DNA of 64,000 nucleotides from an uncultured Nitrospiraceae bacterium (GTDB lineage: Bacteria > Nitrospirota > Thermodesulfovibrionia > Thermodesulfovibrionales > Dissulfurispiraceae), in contig CAVPIW010000016.1 of NCBI GenBank assembly GCA_963705105.1, forward strand, positions 1 through 64,000, given 5' to 3'. A program made the translations under genes and the position numbers. Positions 56,022 to 64,000 of this stretch are shown here, in pieces. Numbering within the stretch: position 1 is the stretch's first letter; every line of letters begins with the position of its first letter. The notes beneath the pieces were generated by a model, which did no database searches, was not told where the DNA came from, and was given only the letters and a program-made list of their open reading frames with translations.

Positions 56022-56552
56022 ATTGGATCTCTTCTATTTGACTTGTTAGATTACTTATTTTGATTCTTAATTCCCTTTGTTTAGCATACAAATCTCTGTT
56101 ATTATTCCGCTCAATTTTTAATTTACTCCCAAGCACGTCGAGAATTGCCCTTGATTTGGCCCTTTCCAGCATGTTGAAAGCATCTTCAAATCTGCCAAGT
56201 TTTATTAAAACATCGATAAGTTCTAAATACGCAAGATTGTAATCAATTGTGCCTGAATAACTCTCACGGTCTTTTACGCTAGCAATCTGTGATTTTATTT
56301 TTTCGAACATTTCAATTGCTAAGGTTAAATGTTCCCGTGCAAGTTCAAGATTCCCTAAATTGACATAGATCATACCGAGGTTCCAATTTATTTCATATTG
56401 CCTGATTCTATCATGCTTAGATACTATGCCCAGTGCCCTTTTAGCTACAATTTCCGCTTCCTCATAGGAATTCATTGACATAAGTGTGGAAATCATGCTT
56501 AGCAAATTGCTAAAAATCCACTGCTTATTGTTCAGTTCTTCCGAGAGACGCA

Positions 56553-57923
56553 GAGGTAAGATCAAAAAGTGTGTAAATGAGTGAGAAGGCGGTGTATCCT
56601 TAATCAGTTGACCTGGAATCAACAAAGAGAAAGGAGACACCACCATGGACAAGAGTATCACCGAGGCAGTTGAGCCGTCAAGGGCGACGTACGAGGCATT
56701 GGAAGGGATAGTTCGGCAGAGAGTCCAGGAATACATTCAAGACATACTGGAAGAGGAAGTCGAGATCTTTTTAGGGAGGAAGAAATCCGAGAGGATCAAG
56801 AAGGTGGATAGCAAGCGGGGGTATTGGAACGGACACGGGAAGGGGAAGAAGTTCACGCTGATGAACGGGACGATCACGGTCCGACGGCCCCGTGTGCGGG
56901 GAGCGGAGGAGCGATTTGAGAGCAAGGTCCTGCCGTTATTCATACGTCGGTCAAAAGAAGTGGGGCAGTTACTGCCGGAATTGTATCTCCACGGACTGGC
57001 GCAGGGGGATTTTGATTTAGCGCTTCGGGGGTTATTGGGAGAAGGGGCGCCGCTGTCGTCCTCGTCGATCCAGCGGCTGAAGGGCAAATGGCAGTGCGAA
57101 TACGACGAGTGGAAGGCTCGGGATCTTTCCGGGCTTGAGGTCGTCTATCAGTGGGCGGACGGGATATACGTGAAGGCCGGGTTGGAGAAAGACAAAGCAG
57201 CATTGCTGGTGATCATCGGGGCGTTGGTTACGGGGGAAAAGATCCTGCTGGCCTGCGAGAGCGGGTATCGGGAGAGCAAGGAATCCTGGGCAGGGGTCCT
57301 GAGGGATCTGACCGCTCGGGGACTGAAGCTGGGCACATTGACGGTTGCCGATGGTCATTTGGGGATATGGTCAGCGTTGGGAGAGCTTCATCCCGAGGGC
57401 AAGGAGCAGAGGTGTTGGAACCATAAGATAACCAACGTGCTGGATGCGATGCCCAAGAGGATACGTGCCGAGGCAGGCGAGTATCTCACCAAGATCCCCT
57501 ATGCAGAGACGCAGGCAGAGTGTGAGAGGCTCAGGGACAGCTTTATCAGCCGGTATGGGAGGGATTTTCCGAAGGCGACGGAGACCCTGAGGAGAGATTG
57601 GGAGCGAATGGTGACGTTCTATTCATTGCCGAAAGAGCACTGGGTGCATATCAGGACGACCAATGTGGTGGAGTCACCGTTCAGCGCGGTGCGTTTGAGA
57701 ACGGATGCGGCGAAGCGGTATAGGAAAGTCCAAAACGCGACGGCGATGATCTGGAAGTTGCTGGGAGTCGCTGAGAAGAGATTCCGCAGGCTCAAGGGAT
57801 ATTGGTTACTGAGGGATGTCCACGAGGGGAAACTCTTCACAGACGGCATTGCCGTCGAGCAGGAAGAGTCTGTCGAAAGGTTCGCCGCCTGATGGCTTTT
57901 TACACACCTATTGACATGACCTC
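56553..57923 (+). mobile_element. IS256-family element copy B (1371 bp)
   Basis: Same inverted repeats; 8-bp TSD GAGACGCA. Confidence 0.97.
56645..57892 (+). CDS. IS256-family transposase
   Basis: Translation identical to copy A. Confidence 0.95.
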   Translation: MDKSITEAVEPSRATYEALEGIVRQRVQEYIQDILEEEVEIFLGRKKSERIKKVDSKRGYWNGHGKGKKFTLMNGTITVRRPRVRGAEERFESKVLPLFIRRSKEVGQLLPELYLHGLAQGDFDLALRGLLGEGAPLSSSSIQRLKGKWQCEYDEWKARDLSGLEVVYQWADGIYVKAGLEKDKAALLVIIGALVTGEKILLACESGYRESKESWAGVLRDLTARGLKLGTLTVADGHLGIWSALGELHPEGKEQRCWNHKITNVLDAMPKRIRAEAGEYLTKIPYAETQAECERLRDSFISRYGRDFPKATETLRRDWERMVTFYSLPKEHWVHIRTTNVVESPFSAVRLRTDAAKRYRKVQNATAMIWKLLGVAEKRFRRLKGYWLLRDVHEGKLFTDGIAVEQEESVERFAA

Positions 57924-58309
57924 GAGACGCAAACCCTCTTTGTTATAGTTAATGGCATTAGAATATTCACCGAGGCATCGATGAATGCTTACAAGTACTA
58001 CCAAATAGAACATGGTTTCCTGATGATTCTTAATTTCGGGCAAGATCATTTTTATTTTTTCAAGATTGTAGCGAGCTGAATTCGGATCCTTAAGTCGGCA
58101 ATAAAATTCCGCCAGAATGCCATAAGCATTACCTTCTAATGCTTTATTGCCAGTTGCTTTAAATTCCTTTGCCGCATCCTCTAATGTTCTTTTGCAGGAT
58201 TCTGATAGATAATTCTGAATATAGTTAGAAGAATCCATATTTTTTGTTGTGCAAATCAAACCGAAATAAGTAACAAGAATCAATCTCTTCATATTTGCTA
58301 TTTCGGGAT

Positions 58310-59680
58310 GAGGTAAGATCAAAAAGTGTGTAAATGAGTGAGAAGGCGGTGTATCCTTAATCAGTTGACCTGGAATCAACAAAGAGAAAGGAGACACCAC
58401 CATGGACAAGAGTATCACCGAGGCAGTTGAGCCGTCAAGGGCGACGTACGAGGCATTGGAAGGGATAGTTCGGCAGAGAGTCCAGGAATACATTCAAGAC
58501 ATACTGGAAGAGGAAGTCGAGATCTTTTTAGGGAGGAAGAAATCCGAGAGGATCAAGAAGGTGGATAGCAAGCGGGGGTATTGGAACGGACACGGGAAGG
58601 GGAAGAAGTTCACGCTGATGAACGGGACGATCACGGTCCGACGGCCCCGTGTGCGGGGAGCGGAGGAGCGATTTGAGAGCAAGGTCCTGCCGTTATTCAT
58701 ACGTCGGTCAAAAGAAGTGGGGCAGTTACTGCCGGAATTGTATCTCCACGGACTGGCGCAGGGGGATTTTGATTTAGCGCTTCGGGGGTTATTGGGAGAA
58801 GGGGCGCCGCTGTCGTCCTCGTCGATCCAGCGGCTGAAGGGCAAATGGCAGTGCGAATACGACGAGTGGAAGGCTCGGGATCTTTCCGGGCTTGAGGTCG
58901 TCTATCAGTGGGCGGACGGGATATACGTGAAGGCCGGGTTGGAGAAAGACAAAGCAGCATTGCTGGTGATCATCGGGGCGTTGGTTACGGGGGAAAAGAT
59001 CCTGCTGGCCTGCGAGAGCGGGTATCGGGAGAGCAAGGAATCCTGGGCAGGGGTCCTGAGGGATCTGACCGCTCGGGGACTGAAGCTGGGCACATTGACG
59101 GTTGCCGATGGTCATTTGGGGATATGGTCAGCGTTGGGAGAGCTTCATCCCGAGGGCAAGGAGCAGAGGTGTTGGAACCATAAGATAACCAACGTGCTGG
59201 ATGCGATGCCCAAGAGGATACGTGCCGAGGCAGGCGAGTATCTCACCAAGATCCCCTATGCAGAGACGCAGGCAGAGTGTGAGAGGCTCAGGGACAGCTT
59301 TATCAGCCGGTATGGGAGGGATTTTCCGAAGGCGACGGAGACCCTGAGGAGAGATTGGGAGCGAATGGTGACGTTCTATTCATTGCCGAAAGAGCACTGG
59401 GTGCATATCAGGACGACCAATGTGGTGGAGTCACCGTTCAGCGCGGTGCGTTTGAGAACGGATGCGGCGAAGCGGTATAGGAAAGTCCAAAACGCGACGG
59501 CGATGATCTGGAAGTTGCTGGGAGTCGCTGAGAAGAGATTCCGCAGGCTCAAGGGATATTGGTTACTGAGGGATGTCCACGAGGGGAAACTCTTCACAGA
59601 CGGCATTGCCGTCGAGCAGGAAGAGTCTGTCGAAAGGTTCGCCGCCTGATGGCTTTTTACACACCTATTGACATGACCTC
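58310..59680 (+). mobile_element. IS256-family element copy C (1371 bp)
   Basis: Same inverted repeats; 8-bp TSD TTCGGGAT. Confidence 0.97.
58402..59649 (+). CDS. IS256-family transposase
   Basis: Translation identical to copy A. Confidence 0.95.
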   Translation: MDKSITEAVEPSRATYEALEGIVRQRVQEYIQDILEEEVEIFLGRKKSERIKKVDSKRGYWNGHGKGKKFTLMNGTITVRRPRVRGAEERFESKVLPLFIRRSKEVGQLLPELYLHGLAQGDFDLALRGLLGEGAPLSSSSIQRLKGKWQCEYDEWKARDLSGLEVVYQWADGIYVKAGLEKDKAALLVIIGALVTGEKILLACESGYRESKESWAGVLRDLTARGLKLGTLTVADGHLGIWSALGELHPEGKEQRCWNHKITNVLDAMPKRIRAEAGEYLTKIPYAETQAECERLRDSFISRYGRDFPKATETLRRDWERMVTFYSLPKEHWVHIRTTNVVESPFSAVRLRTDAAKRYRKVQNATAMIWKLLGVAEKRFRRLKGYWLLRDVHEGKLFTDGIAVEQEESVERFAA

Positions 59681-61317
59681 TTCGGGATCATCAATATTCT
59701 TAATGCTTCTGTATGCTTGTTCGTAATGATTGACTGCTTTTTCTATATTGTTAAGATGACGTGCCCCATTTCCCAATTCTATGTATCCATCTACTTGAAG
59801 TTCATGATTTTGCGATTCCTTTGCCAGCTTTATCGCCAGCAATGAATAATTAAATGCCGTCGAATAATTGCCCATCTGATTGTGGAGCACTGCCATCAGA
59901 AGAGCGGTTTTCGCCTGTTTGGCTCTATCGCCCCTCTTCTCAGCCAATTCGTTAGCGCTGTGAGCATACTTAAGGGCTAACAAATCGTCATGAATTGCTG
60001 TTAGTGATTCAATAAGAGGAATCAAAATATTAAACCGAAATTCTGTGTTTTCATTTTCATAAGCAAGAACCTGTTCATAATATTTTGACGATTTGTCATA
60101 TATTGCCAGTGAATAATATAAAGAAGCTAAATATAAATAAATCTCTTTCTTGATTTGTTCGTCAAAGACATCATTTGCCAACTGTAGAGCCTTGGAAAAG
60201 ATATCAATGGCAGCCTTTTTTGATGACTCTTCACGCAGCGCCATAAGCTCCATCCCTCGAACGATGTAAGAATGTCCTTCAGCCAATTTTAGCTTATCGG
60301 CATCCTTAATTTTTTTAGCCACTTCAGCTGCTGAGAGATAATATTCAAGGGAAGTTGTATATCGCCCAGTCTCTGCATATGCTTTTGCCGTGTCCATCAG
60401 TACAGCGTATAAATTCGTCTCATTCCCAGGAATTTGGTTGGCAGTAATTCTTTTATCAGCATAGGCAAGATAACTGTTGAAGTCTCGAATTCTAAAATGC
60501 ATAAGGGCAAGCAGATAATATGATTCTTTCAGCAGAATGCTGTCGGACAATCGTTCCGCTGTCTTTAAAGCAGTTCTTATATGAATCTCGGCATCTTTAA
60601 CATCTCCGTCAACTGCAGATAGTATCAGGCCAGCCTTGGCGAGGTTGATAAACGCCTCAATCTCTGATATCTTCTGGGCATCGCCTAATAGTTCATAGGT
60701 TTTGCCTGCCTTATCATAAAAGTCCAGAGCTTTTGTCAGATCAGCCAAATGAACAGCATAGATACGTCCGACTTGAAATTGGAGCCTTCCAATATACTTC
60801 TTTGCATTTAGTTCTATCACTGCCTCAAGAATCGTCTCTAATAACTTAACGGTATTGTTGAAGTCGCCTTTATTAAGATATTTCCCCGCCTCGAAGTGCA
60901 TCGACATTGCGGTACTGATTCTATCCATTTGTTCAATGCTCGGCATAGCAGCAAATTTTCCGGGTCTTGTCATTAATGAGCCATATGTCTCCCGTGCTCT
61001 CACGAGCACCCTATTTGCAATAGCAACATCTCCTGACTCAAGTTTTAAAACAGCTAACCAGGTCAGCATATCAGCTTCGGCCTGCTGATCACCGAGTTCG
61101 TGAAAAGCGCTGGCTGCTGTCAATAAAAATCTCTCAGCCTGTTGTAGATCACCTTCACTGTGTGCCTTCATTCCCAATTGCCAGTGATTCACGGCGGCTT
61201 CTCTTGTGGCTGTTTGCTGGGCGTAAAGGCATGCCGAATGGCCGGTGACAAACAGGCATGCGCAGGAAAGCGCCAACAGGAAAAGTGTTCTTTTCATTTT
61301 GTCTGCGAAGAGAATCA

Positions 61318-64000
61318 TTAAGGTTCTATGTACTTGTCTATCTTTCCGTCTCCGTCGAGATCCAATCCATAAAGGTCGATCTCGCCGTCTTCATCTGCGT
61401 CGATAGCCCAGCTCTCAAATTTTCCGTCTTTATCCAGGTCGAAGATTTTCGCTTCGATCTTTCCGTTCTCATCTCGGTCGACTCCGATAAAGTCGGCGAC
61501 TTCATCCTGATCACGGTCGACGATGTAGAGGTCGATTTTTCCGTTCCCATCCGTATCCGCACCGACGACATCAACGATGCCATCTTTGTTCGTGTCGTGC
61601 TCGTAGTATTTTACATTCTTCAGCAGATTGTCAGCGGCGGCTTTTTGAACGATCCGGCTTTCCTTTCTCTGCAGAAATGACTGAATCACGTCAACAGAGA
61701 CTGCGAAGTTCAGACCTTCGCCGCGCTTTACAAATGAATTGACGCCGATGACCTCTCCCTTATTATTCAGGAGAGGTCCGCCGGAATTGCCGGGGTTGAT
61801 CGGTGTCTGTGTCTGGATGACTTTGCTCCTGTGCTTGATTTTGATGTCATATGACCACTCATATGCCGGTCTGATCTGGCTGATTATGCCTTTCGTATAT
61901 GTCCATATCTCGCCTTCGGGGTGCCCGATGGCGTGGACCTCCTGCGCAACCTCGACGCCTGCAATGGTGCCCATCTTGATCAGGGGTAATTTTTTCGGTG
62001 GATGTTCAATTTTGAGGAGTGCCAAATCAGTCTGCTGGTCGACTTTGACTACCTTTGCCGTATATGCGTCCTCTTTGGTCAGTTCGGCGCTCTTTTCAGG
62101 CTTGAAGAAGACAACCACCCTGTCATGGTCTCCAACGACATGCCAGTTGGTTATTACATGGCCTTGCCTGTCGATCACCGACCCGGAGCCAATGCCGCTC
62201 CTGGTTGCAATGAGCACGACGGCCGGGGCTGCTTCTTTATAAACCTTAATGCCGCCGACGCCCCTTGTTTCTTCGAGGGCGCTCTTTTTCTTTATGTTCT
62301 CCATTCTGTTACTGATGGTGGCCGGATCCGGGGCTTTTCCCGAATCAGCCGTCATCATGTTCCTGATGGAGCTTGCACTGCTCCTCACGAGCGCTCCTTT
62401 GGGTGCCTTCTGTTTTTCAGGTTTCGGGGACGCAGACGGGAGGGAAGCGGCCTCCTTGAAAGATCTGTTGTCGATATGCCGGAAACTGACGGCCCGCACG
62501 ACAGCGCCTGTTCCCCGTACGATTTCTGTGACGCTTTGTATGACCTTGCCATCCTTCAATTTGAAGCTTTTTGCTTTCCCCTCCGTTATGCCGCCGACGC
62601 CTCTTTCCACAATTTTAATCTCTTCGCGGATCTTTTCCGACGCCTCCTTCCTCTGCTTCTTCGCGGCACCCGCCATTTCCCTGAGCAGGCGCTGGATTTC
62701 GTCCAGAGGCGATTCGGAAGCGAGGACATATATGGTCTCGATTCCCGTCTTGTCATCGAGCCAGAACCACTGGCTGGCGGGAGGGACCGAATTTTCTGCT
62801 GCAGCTTTTGCCCTGTTGCTGAGGGGGATCTTAGGATCGGGAAAAAGCTGCCCCGCTTCATGTGTGCTGTCGAACAGAAGGATGTAAACATAGGCGTCCC
62901 TATTCGTTTTGAAATGGACCTGGAAATTGTCAGACGACCTCAGAACGCTCCCTTCTCTTACCAGGATTTCTGAAACGCTGCCGTCTGTCTCCTCGCGCTG
63001 GCCGATTATATTGACCGACAATTCCAGGGGTTCTTTCTCGGGAGATGTTACGGCAGCAGGCAGGGTGCGTTCCGACGTTGGCGGTGTGCCGGGGGGCGGA
63101 TTCGATTGCCTTGTTACAGCAAAGACAAGGGCCAGAAGGACGGTCAGAAGAAGACCAACAAAAATAAGGAATGCCGGGCGTTTTCTATGACTGTCTGACG
63201 TCGTCTCAAGGCTGATCCCCTCTACTGTGATCCCCCTGGTCCTGTTTTCGGCAGCGATCACGGTTTTACCGGCTTGAGGATCAGCGCCTGTCGATTCTGC
63301 AAATTCCGGCAATTTCTGCGTCGGATCACCGTATAACATGTAACTTGCCCAAATGATGTTTTCCATTCCGTACATTTCGACGAGGCGCCTCCTTGCCGCC
63401 GTTACTGCCGTTCCTATTGGTGTCGCCTGATTCAGGGAGCGATAGAATTCAACTGCAAAGTCAGAACTCGGAGAGTCGAGCACTTCCCAGAAGGTGCCGA
63501 TATAGTGGGAGACTCCGGAGAGGAGAAAGGCATTGGCGAGGCCATAGATGCGCTCTTGAGAGTCATTGCCGAGCGTCCATGGGTCTGTCCTGCCCGAATG
63601 GCAAGCGTTAGAGAAGACAAGGAAGGGAAGGGGCGCGCCACCAGCCATTCTCATGACGTCAGAGGCAGTCCATTTCCCGTTTTCGAGAAGCCAGCCGCTT
63701 TTTAACGGATCGGAAGGGTCATAGTCGGCGTGGCCGGCATAATGAACGATGTCATAGTCATGCAGGTTCATCTTCACGTATTCCACGCCGACAGCGGTGC
63801 TCACAAAGCTCACCGTGAATGCCTCGTCTCCCTCGCTGAGTGCATCCCTGATGGTCACTCCCTCTTTATAGGCTGCATCGAGGTTCCCCTGAGGATCGGC
63901 AATGATGAGCATGGTGACCGGGCCCGCGGAGCGTCTTCTCTGATCACCCGCAATCGGTTGCCTTGTGCTGACGACCCTTCCCATGCCGAATTTGAGCGAT
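61318..64000 (-). CDS. Multidomain CHAT - TM - DUF4384-like - trypsin-like protease - DxDxDG repeat protein (5' end outside the window)
   Basis: HYAGHA and FSNACHSG CHAT dyad, WASYMLYGDP, TM helix after HRKR, DAYVYILLFDS...LFP..WF.LD..G.E, TNWHVV/DLAL/GNSGGP triad, five DxDxDG repeats; frame open to the window edge. Confidence 0.88.
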   Translation of the reverse strand, partial: SLKFGMGRVVSTRQPIAGDQRRRSAGPVTMLIIADPQGNLDAAYKEGVTIRDALSEGDEAFTVSFVSTAVGVEYVKMNLHDYDIVHYAGHADYDPSDPLKSGWLLENGKWTASDVMRMAGGAPLPFLVFSNACHSGRTDPWTLGNDSQERIYGLANAFLLSGVSHYIGTFWEVLDSPSSDFAVEFYRSLNQATPIGTAVTAARRRLVEMYGMENIIWASYMLYGDPTQKLPEFAESTGADPQAGKTVIAAENRTRGITVEGISLETTSDSHRKRPAFLIFVGLLLTVLLALVFAVTRQSNPPPGTPPTSERTLPAAVTSPEKEPLELSVNIIGQREETDGSVSEILVREGSVLRSSDNFQVHFKTNRDAYVYILLFDSTHEAGQLFPDPKIPLSNRAKAAAENSVPPASQWFWLDDKTGIETIYVLASESPLDEIQRLLREMAGAAKKQRKEASEKIREEIKIVERGVGGITEGKAKSFKLKDGKVIQSVTEIVRGTGAVVRAVSFRHIDNRSFKEAASLPSASPKPEKQKAPKGALVRSSASSIRNMMTADSGKAPDPATISNRMENIKKKSALEETRGVGGIKVYKEAAPAVVLIATRSGIGSGSVIDRQGHVITNWHVVGDHDRVVVFFKPEKSAELTKEDAYTAKVVKVDQQTDLALLKIEHPPKKLPLIKMGTIAGVEVAQEVHAIGHPEGEIWTYTKGIISQIRPAYEWSYDIKIKHRSKVIQTQTPINPGNSGGPLLNNKGEVIGVNSFVKRGEGLNFAVSVDVIQSFLQRKESRIVQKAAADNLLKNVKYYEHDTNKDGIVDVVGADTDGNGKIDLYIVDRDQDEVADFIGVDRDENGKIEAKIFDLDKDGKFESWAIDADEDGEIDLYGLDLDGDGKIDKYIEP

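Larger units (their letters stand above)
53357..61318 (-). pseudogene. Secreted TPR-CHAT protease (about 1270 aa reconstructed) interrupted by three IS256 copies
   Basis: Removing each IS plus one TSD gives one open frame (1638+378+523+1286 nt); signal peptide, many TPRs, ERAKSR, HFATHG, LSACET, HPYFWAPFILIG. Confidence 0.92.

Noticed and set aside
56009..56040. Hybrid promoters from the outward TTGACA in the IS256 right end
   Set aside because: No good -10 hexamer at 16-18 nt in the flanks of any of the four copies
56020..58493. ORFs starting MYSWTLCRT as independent genes
   Set aside because: They are antisense IS256 read-outs fused to internal fragments of the TPR-CHAT gene

Overview
GC-rich bacterial chromosome segment; gene content and order suggest an anaerobic Nitrospirota/Desulfobacterota-type organism (inference only). 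Positions 1-45.9 kb are mostly core genes: kdsADC-pgsA-plsY-queC, a TetR-RND efflux operon, tmRNA/smpB/tRNA-Gly, trpEGD, pilMNOPQ with surface lipoproteins and a subtilase, aspS, rluB, surA, hypE, argH, an EF-G paralogue and rseC. An accessory block at 6-12.2 kb holds a Tat-exported [NiFe]-hydrogenase translationally coupled to an Ig-domain monoheme cytochrome c, downstream of a sigma54-like promoter and a c-di-GMP-I riboswitch. From about 46 kb an AT-richer island carries HNH, caspase-fold and PIN genes, a secreted TPR-CHAT gene split by three IS256 copies, a nested three-gene IS, and a CHAT-TM-DUF4384-trypsin protein. The main unexplained signals are a shared RGVGGI(TEGK) motif suggesting a trans-envelope protease cascade, an in-frame UGA plus SECIS-like hairpin in rseC (candidate selenoprotein), a three-copy ~170-bp intergenic element with covarying terminal stems, and four single-base homopolymer frameshifts confined to exported proteins. 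All family assignments are by eye from motifs; no database search was run.
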